Origin: a virus
Direction: 5' to 3' (one strand)
DNA: 37,431 bases
IMG/VR virus record: IMGVR_UViG_3300002091_000013
Coordinates: 1 to 37,431 of that record
Shown here: positions 1-8,178 of the stretch, in pieces
Position numbering within the stretch: position 1 is the stretch's first letter
Layout of the letters: each line of letters begins with the position of its first letter
Made by a program: the position numbers and the translations under genes
The notes under the pieces: generated by a model
Seen by the model: the letters and a program-made list of their open reading frames with translations, nothing else
Told to the model about the DNA's origin: nothing
The model's database searches: none

Positions 1-101
1 CAACAACAAGTCGCTGTTGGAAAGCTCGAATCAATGCTAGGCCAATTACAACGACAACTGCAAACTTCCATGAAGAAAACAGGCAAGATGGGTGGCGAAG
101 T
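1..101. repeat. Terminal overlap copy 1 (identical to 37331..37431); circular or terminally redundant contig
   Basis: Direct reading: caacaacaagtcgctgttgg...ggtggcgaagt occurs at both ends without mismatch. Confidence 0.95.
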
Positions 102-198
102 ACCTAAGTTTGCTGATGAAGATATGGTTGTGGTAGAAGGACCTAACGGTGAAGAAACGATGACTTATGCCCAAGCTAAGGCTCTAGGAGCAGAATAA
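1..198 (+). CDS. 3' end of the junction-spanning virion protein gene (continuation of 36416..37431)
   Basis: Frame 1 is open from base 1 to TAA at 196-198. The frame matches the ORF that runs off the right end. The stop overlaps the next ATG (TAATG). Confidence 0.7.
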   Translation, partial: QQQVAVGKLESMLGQLQRQLQTSMKKTGKMGGEVPKFADEDMVVVEGPNGEETMTYAQAKALGAE

Positions 199-1400
199 TG
201 GCCGGATATAAAATCAAAGGTTTGGCACAGCCAGCTGGCGGTGGCGGAGGCTATAGAATTAAAGGTGCTGCGCCACAGCAAGACATGCCAGAACAACAGA
301 TGCAAGAACAGCCACAAGGAGTTGGGAGCATTCCTGATGACTTCGTAGATATGCTTAGCAATCTGATGATGGCAGGTGGCGAGAAGGCTATGAAACTACC
401 TGATGAATTTTCAGAAGCTGGGAAACAGTTCGCGGAACATCCATTTAAAACACCTCCCCGTGCCGCCCAAAATATCTTGTCTAGTGTATTGGAAGGTGGG
501 AAACAACTTTATAACCTACCTTTGAATATTAATACTTATTTAGGTGGAAAAGGCGTTCCCGTATTTAAACAAACAATGGGATTAGCTAATAAACTTAAGA
601 TTGGTGACACCGGACTAGAGAAAGCTGTGCTTGGTGAAGAGCAACCAGGTGATCAACTGTTTAAAGATATTGGAACTGTAGGATCATTGTTTGCTGGACC
701 TGAAATGGTAGGCGCTAAACTGCCAGCAGTGACAGCCAAGGGAATTACCAAATCTATTTCAGCTACGAAAGCCGCTAGAAAAGCTACAGCAGCAAAAGAT
801 TACAGTTCATTATTTGAAAGAGCAGGTGAAGCAGGGATAACACATGCGAAACCACCAAAGTCAGTGACTGCCTCTGAAAATCATATTGTTGAACACTCTG
901 AGCCAAGGTTTCATGAATCATTACAAACTTATATTGAAAACCCAACAGTAGAGAACGCGCATTGGGCACAGAGTGAACTTGGAGCGTTAGAACGTCACCT
1001 TGACAGCATTTCTAAAAAGAATGGACTAACGCCCTCACAGATTAAGACATTCAAAGCGGTTCAACAAGCACGAAAAGGCATTAAAGAGTCAATGTTTTCT
1101 AAACAGGCTATGGGTGCCAATCCAAAATTGGGGAAAGAATATGATCAATTGGCTCAGAAATATAAAGAGGAAGTGGTTCCCTATACCAGCTTAGAGGATA
1201 TTCATCAGTTTGAAGCGGGAAAGATGAGACCAAAAACTGTTGTGAAGAACTTGCAGCGTGATGAAGAGTTCATGACAAAACTTGCTAAAGACTATCCAGG
1301 CTTAAAATTACATACACCAGCAGCTAAGAAAGTCATGTGGGGACTCATGGGACTTATGGGGTATGATGAGGTTAAAAAGCTATTGAGAGAACTCAAGTAG
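198..1400 (+). CDS. Hypothetical virion protein (possible internal/ejection protein), 400 aa
   Basis: Long ORF coupled by TAATG to the upstream gene. N-terminal Gly run (PAGGGGGY). It lies between the tail-tube-like genes and the fibre genes. Function is inferred from position only. Confidence 0.6.
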   Translation: MAGYKIKGLAQPAGGGGGYRIKGAAPQQDMPEQQMQEQPQGVGSIPDDFVDMLSNLMMAGGEKAMKLPDEFSEAGKQFAEHPFKTPPRAAQNILSSVLEGGKQLYNLPLNINTYLGGKGVPVFKQTMGLANKLKIGDTGLEKAVLGEEQPGDQLFKDIGTVGSLFAGPEMVGAKLPAVTAKGITKSISATKAARKATAAKDYSSLFERAGEAGITHAKPPKSVTASENHIVEHSEPRFHESLQTYIENPTVENAHWAQSELGALERHLDSISKKNGLTPSQIKTFKAVQQARKGIKESMFSKQAMGANPKLGKEYDQLAQKYKEEVVPYTSLEDIHQFEAGKMRPKTVVKNLQRDEEFMTKLAKDYPGLKLHTPAAKKVMWGLMGLMGYDEVKKLLRELK

Positions 1401-1412
1401 CACAGGAATCAT

Positions 1413-1437
1413 CTACTAATTTGAAAATTATTAGTAG
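1413..1437. other. AT-rich inverted repeat CTACTAAT/ATTAGTAG downstream of the 400-aa gene
   Basis: 8-bp perfect stem (1413-1420 / 1430-1437) with a 9-nt loop in the 179-nt gap before the fibre gene. Confidence 0.3.
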
Positions 1438-1579
1438 TATAAGAAATTGCATTAACATAAAGGTTCTCCTGGTTAAGTAGTTGACCATTATAACAGGAGA
1501 TGAATAAAAAACAAGCATTAGCTGATACTCATGAAAAAGTATAGAATAAGCTAATTGCTCGACATGAGGACGTGAGTAG

Positions 1580-3223
1580 ATGAGTCTTACACGAGGCGTA
1601 AATCCCATATGGTGGATTCCTGATTTAGTCGGCAATCCCATGGATGATTCGTATTATTTATTCGTGCTCTCGAACACGATCCCATATCTTCCATTAACGG
1701 TTTACCATGACTCTGCGGGATCTATTCCATGGAGCAATCCGATAGAAGTACTAGCTAATGGTACGATGCCTGTTGATATTTATTGGGATGAAGATACAGT
1801 TTATCGTCTAGAATGGCGCAATGGACCAACTCAAGCAGATACATTGACCTATTTGGTTGAGAACTACATGCCTGGAGAAGGCGGTGGAAGTGGCCCAACA
1901 ACTAATTCAGCTAACAATACAACTAACCAGATTACTAACCCACAGTTCTCCCAAGTTAATTTCACTGGAACGTTTACATCGACCCTTGATACGTTGACTA
2001 ATATCGCACCTGGTTGGGATATTGTTACTACTGGTAGTGGCCCTGGCTCTATTTCGGTAACTCAGTTAGAAGTTTTGGGTGATTCAGGTGACTCTACTAA
2101 CCCATCATACGCTCTTCAGATTATGAGTTCTGGCTGGGAAACCGTAGGAATTCAGCAAACATTTGAAGATAATGGCGCACTCTGGGCTTCTGGATTAGAT
2201 GATATTTCTGGTGTGGCACTGCAAATTAGTGCTTATAACTCATCAGGAACAGCACCCCCATTAACTGGTGTAATTAGTTATACCGGTACTGATGCGCCTG
2301 GACCTACAACAATATTCACAGAAGCATCTATTAATGCGGCTCCTAATTCATATGGCGGCGCGGCTGCGTTGCCAGTTTCAACAAATACATCAGCACCAGC
2401 TTCAGCAGCTACTTCGGTATCGTTCTATTGGACATCGAATAACACAGTTGTAGTGACAAGTGCGCAATTGATTGGTCAACAAGGCGAGGATATTGCCCAG
2501 GTTCTTTATCAACAAGAGAGTATAGAGCGCCAGATTGATCATTTCTACCACTTGGCTTATCCGATTGTGCCAGTCGGTACGATTATTGACTTTGGTGGGT
2601 TTGGATTATTAGATCACTACACATTATGTGATGGAAGTGCGATTAGCCGAACTACGTTTAGTTTGCTATTTAATGTGCTTACTACCACTGAAACTGTGAG
2701 TTTGACATCTACTGTTAATACATTCACGGTCATCTCATCCACTCAATATCATATTGGTATGGCTATTGAGGGAACGGGTATTCCAGCGGCAACTACTATA
2801 TCAGGGATTACTGGCACAACGATCACAATGTCAGCAGCTGCGACAGTGACGGCGGCTTCATCTGTTCGGTTCTTTGCTTGGGGTGCTGGAGACGGTTCTA
2901 CTACATTTAATACTCCTAACCTAGCAGATTATGTAACTGCTGGAGCTGGGGGAACTTTATTTGGGGCGAATAATAATGCAGTTGGTCTGAAAGGTGGTTC
3001 TTCTACTCATGCTATTACAATTGCTGAGATGCCTGCTCATACTCATCCAGGAAGTACGGCAAGAAGTAATTCAGGTTCCCCAGGTGGTTCCGCATCTTTA
3101 TATGGATCTTCTGCAGGACCCAACCAAAATTTAGCAATTGATGTAGCCTCTCAAGGTAGCGGAACAGCATCTACAATTGTTCAGCAAACAGCATTGGTGA
3201 GAAAATTCATCCGATACGAATAA
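1580..3223 (+). CDS. Tail fibre protein with C-terminal phage tail-collar-type domain
   Basis: RBS GAGGA upstream. C-terminal motifs LCDGSAISRTTFSLLF ... GDGSTTFNTPNL ... GGSSTHAITIAEMPAHTHPG match the tail-collar signature (Y/F-x-x-LF, GDG-x-TTF-x-xP-L, P-x-H-x-H). Confidence 0.85.
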   Translation: MSLTRGVNPIWWIPDLVGNPMDDSYYLFVLSNTIPYLPLTVYHDSAGSIPWSNPIEVLANGTMPVDIYWDEDTVYRLEWRNGPTQADTLTYLVENYMPGEGGGSGPTTNSANNTTNQITNPQFSQVNFTGTFTSTLDTLTNIAPGWDIVTTGSGPGSISVTQLEVLGDSGDSTNPSYALQIMSSGWETVGIQQTFEDNGALWASGLDDISGVALQISAYNSSGTAPPLTGVISYTGTDAPGPTTIFTEASINAAPNSYGGAAALPVSTNTSAPASAATSVSFYWTSNNTVVVTSAQLIGQQGEDIAQVLYQQESIERQIDHFYHLAYPIVPVGTIIDFGGFGLLDHYTLCDGSAISRTTFSLLFNVLTTTETVSLTSTVNTFTVISSTQYHIGMAIEGTGIPAATTISGITGTTITMSAAATVTAASSVRFFAWGAGDGSTTFNTPNLADYVTAGAGGTLFGANNNAVGLKGGSSTHAITIAEMPAHTHPGSTARSNSGSPGGSASLYGSSAGPNQNLAIDVASQGSGTASTIVQQTALVRKFIRYE

Positions 3224-3236
3224 TAGGAGTTTAGAC

Positions 3237-3587
3237 ATGGTTACTTCATATACTAGTAGTTTTGATAAAACGATTGCATTTACCGAAGTTAGCTTCCCAT
3301 TCCATTTGACTGCAAATGTAATAACTACAATTACATTGCCTGGAACTCAGGTTAATAAGTATGTGCTTACATTTGGTGTGAGCAGCAACTCAAATGTGTT
3401 TATTGGATATCAAGTTACCCCCGTAGTTCCAGCTGGCGATACTGCGCCTGAAACAGCTCGCGAAGAGTACATGATTCCAGGAATGCAACGTTATGCCTTC
3501 GGGGGTAATGTGATATCATTAATATCACCAGACACAGTGGCTTATGGTAGCGTAACTGCTCGTGCGATTCCAAATCCAAGGACTTAA
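3237..3587 (+). CDS. Hypothetical fibre-cluster protein, 116 aa
   Basis: ORF tightly packed between fibre genes with RBS AGGAG upstream. Confidence 0.55.
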   Translation: MVTSYTSSFDKTIAFTEVSFPFHLTANVITTITLPGTQVNKYVLTFGVSSNSNVFIGYQVTPVVPAGDTAPETAREEYMIPGMQRYAFGGNVISLISPDTVAYGSVTARAIPNPRT

Positions 3588-3589
3588 TC

Positions 3590-4189
3590 ATGGTGAATGT
3601 CGTCAAGTTTAGTGAGTTCACAAATGGTGGTGATCTTGCCAACAATGAAATAACAGTTGGTCTAGGTGGATCTGCGCCTTACTATAATGCTTACTATAAC
3701 AATCCATGGACTTTTCTAGCGCCTGGGACGACTGCCGAAAGACCCGCCATTGCTGCGTCCATGTATTACAGATTGCGTCTTAATACCAGTTTAGAAGTTT
3801 ATGAGTATTACGATCCGATTCAAGCCGACTGGGTTCAAGTAGTAACTAGCAATCAATTCGATTGGATTGTAGTAACCACGACGCCTTATCAAATGATTGG
3901 TGAACAAGGTTATATTGCCAATGGCGGAAGTCTTATTCAATTAGCACTACCAGTAGTTTCAGATGTTGGCGATGTGATTGCCGTAGTTGGAGAAGGTGCT
4001 GGCGGATGGCAAATAACTCAAGGTGCTGGTCAAAGCATTAAGGTATCTCCTGTATCAACTTCTGTTGGCACATTAGGGAGCTTAGCTTCCACATCTCAAT
4101 ACGACTCTATAGAACTAATTTGTATTACATCCAATCTGACTTGGACAACACGCGGAAGCCCACAAAGCCTTGGCCTGACTATTATATAA
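3590..4189 (+). CDS. Fibre/adaptor-like protein with C-terminal GAGGW domain, 199 aa
   Basis: C-terminus VGDVIAVVGEGAGGWQITQGAGQSIK...YDSIELICI...W is paralogous to the C-terminus of the 35314..35763 product. Confidence 0.6.
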   Translation: MVNVVKFSEFTNGGDLANNEITVGLGGSAPYYNAYYNNPWTFLAPGTTAERPAIAASMYYRLRLNTSLEVYEYYDPIQADWVQVVTSNQFDWIVVTTTPYQMIGEQGYIANGGSLIQLALPVVSDVGDVIAVVGEGAGGWQITQGAGQSIKVSPVSTSVGTLGSLASTSQYDSIELICITSNLTWTTRGSPQSLGLTII

Positions 4190-4198
4190 GGGTGAAAT

Positions 4199-7100
4199 GT
4201 GACTACTATAAATGCAGTTGGTACATCATTATCCGGACAAACCGGGACAGGTGCTTTTGCGGGCTCCGTTAGTCCTACTTTAACTACACCAATTATTGCT
4301 CGAATTAATGATGCCAGTGGAAATGCCCAGTTAAACTTTACTTCAGAGCCATCTGCTGTAAATTATGTAAACATTTATAACACTTCAACTGGTAATGGGT
4401 TAGCCATAAATGCTCTCGGCGCTGATACTAATATCGGCATTGCATTAGGTGCAAAAGGTACTGGTGTAGTTGCTTTAGATACACAAGCATTAACTAACCA
4501 ATATCAATTTACATCCGGAACATCATTTGTTCATACATCGGTATTTAATTTCCCTGTTACCGCTTTAACTAGAACTTACACATGGCCTGATGCTGATGGA
4601 ACTGTTGCCTTAGCGAGCTCACCTTTATCTGGTTATGTTTTATTGTCCCCAAGTGGGAACCAAACAATTACAGATCATGATTTATATTTATCATTAGGGT
4701 CATTTCATTCTGGATCCCCCGCCGGTGGTGTTAACGGAAATTTTACAGCTTATCCCACAACTGCAAATAGTGGTTTTATAGAAATAATTGCAAATACCAA
4801 CTCGTCCGGAAACTTTGGAGTTGTCATTTTACCCACAGGTTCAATTGCACAGACACAAACATTATCAATTCCAGACGCAGGACAAGCTTCATCAACATTC
4901 ATCCTAAGCACATCTGGCTCAGGCCAAACAATTGGGGGTGGATTAACTGTTAATGGAGGATTAACTCTCGGGACCCCTTTAGCTCCAACCAGCGGAGGAA
5001 CAGGAACAGCAACAGCACCAAGTGCGGGTCAGATTCCAATTGGTAATAATGGGGGAACTTATACGCCGGCAGCGATTAATTCCGGAACCAATATTACAGT
5101 TGCGAATGGCTCTGCTTCAATAACTGTAAATTTATCTGGTGTAATTTCCCCTACATTAGGGGGAACAGGCGTAAATAATGGTTCTAATACGCTGACCTTA
5201 GCCGGAACTTTGGCTACAAGTGGTGCGTTTGCGTCAGTATTTACAATGACAGGCGCTACAAATGTTACATTTCCAACTAGTGGCACGTTGGCAACTACCG
5301 CCGGAACTGTCAGTTCAGTTTCAGGAACATTAAATCGTATTACGTCCACCGGTGGCACTACTCCTGTTATAGACATATCCGCAAGTTATGTTGGCCAATC
5401 TTCCATTACAACTCTTGGAACAATCACAACAGGAGTATGGCAAGGAACATTAGTTAGTCCAATTTATGGCGGAACAGGGGTTAACAATGGCTCTAATACA
5501 TTAACTTTGGCTGGAACATTGGCAACAAGTGGCGCATTTGCATCTGTATTTACTATGACGGGTGCCACAAATGTCACATTCCCAACATCAGGAACACTTG
5601 CTACGACTGCTACAGCCTCCGGTATCGTAAATTCCGGATTACAAAACCAATTAACTTGGTATGCTGCTAGCGGCACTACTGTAAGCGGATTGGCTACGGC
5701 TAACAATGGATTGCTGGTTACTTCATCCGGTGGCGTTCCCAGTATTGGCAATGCTATTGGCGCTGATATCACCGTCAGTGGTGCTACAGTTGGTTTAGGT
5801 GGAAGCGCTGTCACAACCAATTTGGCTGTAGGCGTTTCAGCATTGGCGGCTAATACTAGCGGCGTACATAACCATGCATTTGGTTATCAAGCAATGCAGG
5901 CTATGCAAACTGGTAACAATAACACTGCTGTAGGGTATTTAGCCTTAAATGCTAATACAAACGGTACAGGTAACGTTGCAATAGGTAGATTGGCGTTACA
6001 AGCTGGCGTAAGCGGTAGTAACAACGTTGCGGTTGGTTCTGGCACCATGAATAGTGCCAGCTTTAACTCATCACAGAATAATGCGCTTGGCACAGGTGTA
6101 TTGGCCTCATTGACTACTGGTAATACCAATACATCAATGGGTAACAATAGCTGCCCTCTAATCACAACAGGAAATAACAATACTGTCTATGGTGCAAGTG
6201 CTGGTGGTATATTGGTTGGTGGTTCTGACAATACTCTCCTAGGAACAGGGGCCACTACTGATAGTGCATCGTGTTCCGGTGCTATAGCCATTGGTGAAGG
6301 TGCTACTGCTACGATTGCTACTGGTGTCACTTCTGCTGATGCAGGCCCAGGGATTGCAATTGGATCATCTAGTTTTCCAGTCGGTTTTAGAGGTAATGGA
6401 ACTATTTACCCAAGCTCTTCAGGTGCAGGATTTTGGCGAGCTAAGATAAACGGAACGCAATACTTTATCCCACTATTTGCCGATTCATCTACTTCAAGTG
6501 GTGCTGTATTATTAAATCCTGCTGCCGCACAAACTATAGCTACTTATCCATTGAATCTTCCAGGTAGTGTTTATAGCCCTGCCATTTTAGATTCAAATGG
6601 CGCGAATATGCTGACTTTTGTTACATCCGCATCAGCCGTTAATTATTTTAATATGTATAATTCTCCGGCTGGTAGCGGATTAATTTTTCAAGCGTTAGGT
6701 GCTAGTACAGACATTAACGTTGGAATTTATTCTAAAGGCGCTGGGACAATAAGTCTTAATGCATTAGGCTCTACTAACCAAATCCAATTTACTACTGGCG
6801 GCGGTGGTGTTCATACATCATTGTTTAATTTCCCCGCAACATCAGCATCGAGAACTTATACTTATCCAGATGCTACGGGAACTATGCTTATCTCAGGAAC
6901 CGCGATTAATTCGGTTCCAAGCATTACATTTAGTTCAACATCAGGAATTATAGGAACCACAACGAATGACAGTGCTGCGGCTGGAAGTGTTGGTGAAGAA
7001 GTGCAAAGCATTGTAACACGTGCTTCTGGTGGCGTAAGTTTGACCAACGCAACGTCTGCGGATATCACAAGCATTAGCTTAACAGCTGGTGATTGGGATG

Positions 7101-7384
7101 TCTGGGGAAATATTGGAGTAAGCGGGAATGGCGCAACAACAGTTGTGTATGTCTATGGATGGATAAGTTCAACCTCCGCTTCTACCCCAGATGCCGCATA
7201 TCAAACACAGTGGTCTCAAGCTATTGGAACAGCAATTTTTAGCGCTGGTAATATTGGGTTCCCAGTTCCTGGTCGAAGATTTAGTTTATCAGGAACAACA
7301 ACAATATATTTATCAGTAAATAGCCAGTTCGCGGTTTCAACTGAATTCGCATTTGGTGGCATTTACGCCAGACGAAGACGTTAA
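4199..7384 (+). CDS. Large modular tail fibre/spike-like protein, 1061 aa, GTG start
   Basis: Gly/Thr/Ser/Ala-rich ORF with RBS AAGGGTG before the GTG. It contains internal repeats and duplicated modules (see findings). Confidence 0.85.
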   Translation: MTTINAVGTSLSGQTGTGAFAGSVSPTLTTPIIARINDASGNAQLNFTSEPSAVNYVNIYNTSTGNGLAINALGADTNIGIALGAKGTGVVALDTQALTNQYQFTSGTSFVHTSVFNFPVTALTRTYTWPDADGTVALASSPLSGYVLLSPSGNQTITDHDLYLSLGSFHSGSPAGGVNGNFTAYPTTANSGFIEIIANTNSSGNFGVVILPTGSIAQTQTLSIPDAGQASSTFILSTSGSGQTIGGGLTVNGGLTLGTPLAPTSGGTGTATAPSAGQIPIGNNGGTYTPAAINSGTNITVANGSASITVNLSGVISPTLGGTGVNNGSNTLTLAGTLATSGAFASVFTMTGATNVTFPTSGTLATTAGTVSSVSGTLNRITSTGGTTPVIDISASYVGQSSITTLGTITTGVWQGTLVSPIYGGTGVNNGSNTLTLAGTLATSGAFASVFTMTGATNVTFPTSGTLATTATASGIVNSGLQNQLTWYAASGTTVSGLATANNGLLVTSSGGVPSIGNAIGADITVSGATVGLGGSAVTTNLAVGVSALAANTSGVHNHAFGYQAMQAMQTGNNNTAVGYLALNANTNGTGNVAIGRLALQAGVSGSNNVAVGSGTMNSASFNSSQNNALGTGVLASLTTGNTNTSMGNNSCPLITTGNNNTVYGASAGGILVGGSDNTLLGTGATTDSASCSGAIAIGEGATATIATGVTSADAGPGIAIGSSSFPVGFRGNGTIYPSSSGAGFWRAKINGTQYFIPLFADSSTSSGAVLLNPAAAQTIATYPLNLPGSVYSPAILDSNGANMLTFVTSASAVNYFNMYNSPAGSGLIFQALGASTDINVGIYSKGAGTISLNALGSTNQIQFTTGGGGVHTSLFNFPATSASRTYTYPDATGTMLISGTAINSVPSITFSSTSGIIGTTTNDSAAAGSVGEEVQSIVTRASGGVSLTNATSADITSISLTAGDWDVWGNIGVSGNGATTVVYVYGWISSTSASTPDAAYQTQWSQAIGTAIFSAGNIGFPVPGRRFSLSGTTTIYLSVNSQFAVSTEFAFGGIYARRRR
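5159..5302 (+). repeat. Copy 1 of the 48-aa perfect protein repeat GGTGVNNGSNTLTLAGTLATSGAFASVFTMTGATNVTFPTSGTLATTA
   Basis: Hand translation in the frame of the 4199 gene. Confidence 0.95.
5468..5611 (+). repeat. Copy 2 of the 48-aa perfect protein repeat (synonymously recoded)
   Basis: Same 48 aa located 309 nt downstream. 31 of 48 codons differ from copy 1 and all differences are synonymous. Confidence 0.95.
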
Positions 7385-7404
7385 CCATTTATTCGGAGAT
7401 CAAT

Positions 7405-7584
7405 ATGGCAGAAAAATGGATTCAAAAAATAGGAATGAAAAAAGGCGCTTTACACAAAGAACTTGGCGTTGCTGAAGGGAAAAAGATTCCAGCAAAGAAG
7501 CTGGCAAAAGCTACTAAAGCCCCTGGAAAAGAGGGTCAGAGAGCTAGATTGGCCGAGACTTTAAAATCCTTTCATAGAGGATAA
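7405..7584 (+). CDS. Small basic protein, 59 aa (KGALHKELGV..GKKIP..L.KA motif, DUF3008-like)
   Basis: Not in the ORF track (below cutoff). Runs from ATG at 7405 to TAA at 7582-7584. Product is MAEKWIQKIGMKKGALHKELGVAEGKKIPAKKLAKATKAPGKEGQRARLAETLKSFHRG. Confidence 0.6.
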   Translation: MAEKWIQKIGMKKGALHKELGVAEGKKIPAKKLAKATKAPGKEGQRARLAETLKSFHRG

Positions 7585-7586
7585 TC

Positions 7587-7802
7587 ATGAAAAAATATGA
7601 AGCTCCTATGAGTGCAATGCAAAAGAAAGAATGGATTAAATCTGTAGGTCAGGTAGACAACCGATCTAAGAAAAATGATGTCAAAAAGAAAGGTCCTATA
7701 TCTGTTCGAAAACCTCCTGCTGGAGAAAAACTTAATCCTAAAGCAGTTAGAGATTATGATAAGGTCATTACCAAGAAACTCAATAAAGATGACAGGGGAT
7801 AA
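7587..7802 (+). CDS. Lysine-rich small protein, 71 aa
   Basis: ORF preceded by GAGGATAATCATG. Highly basic. Confidence 0.55.
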   Translation: MKKYEAPMSAMQKKEWIKSVGQVDNRSKKNDVKKKGPISVRKPPAGEKLNPKAVRDYDKVITKKLNKDDRG

Positions 7803-7804
7803 TA

Positions 7805-7924
7805 ATGAAAGACAAACCAAAAATGGGCATGAACAAAAAACCTAAAGCAGCTGAAAAAGCCATGGATAAAAAGCAAGATATGAAGCTCTTGAAAAAGAAA
7901 GTTAAGAAAGATTGCATGAAATAA
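7805..7924 (+). CDS. Lysine-rich micro-protein, 39 aa
   Basis: Not in the ORF track. Preceded by GGGGATAATAATG. Product is MKDKPKMGMNKKPKAAEKAMDKKQDMKLLKKKVKKDCMK. Confidence 0.45.
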   Translation: MKDKPKMGMNKKPKAAEKAMDKKQDMKLLKKKVKKDCMK

Positions 7925-7938
7925 CTAAGGGGATAATC

Positions 7939-8178
7939 ATGGGCAACAAAAGTGATTTGATTGGTGGCTCTGGTTCTCTTCCGAATAGCTTTGGTAGAAA
8001 ACAAGTAAAGGAATCATTCAGTCTTAATGAGAAGAAGGATGTACCGCTGTACATGCGGCGCTCAGCATATGATAATATGAAAGAAATTGTAGGTGGTGAG
8101 TTCAAGGGTTCACCCGTTCAGCATAATGATCGGGTTATGAAAAATAAGTCGGATTATACTCAACGAGGTGATAAATAA
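7939..8178 (+). CDS. Small hypothetical protein, 79 aa
   Basis: Internal Met of track ORF 7912..8178, chosen because GGGGATAATCATG supplies an RBS. The stop overlaps the next start. Confidence 0.5.
   Translation: MGNKSDLIGGSGSLPNSFGRKQVKESFSLNEKKDVPLYMRRSAYDNMKEIVGGEFKGSPVQHNDRVMKNKSDYTQRGDK

Noticed and set aside
5159-5611. Diversity-generating retroelement (template/variable repeat pair) as an explanation of the fibre repeat
   Set aside because: No reverse transcriptase is present in the genome. The differences are not adenine-specific and never change the amino acid, which is the opposite of DGR mutagenesis.
5059-6180. Antisense ORFs inside the giant fibre gene (5059..5376, 5464..5820, 5887..6180, also 6862..7074)
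   Set aside because: They lie opposite a long, well-supported Gly/Thr/Ala-rich coding frame. The stop-poor complementary frames are a composition artefact. No RBS or start context was seen.
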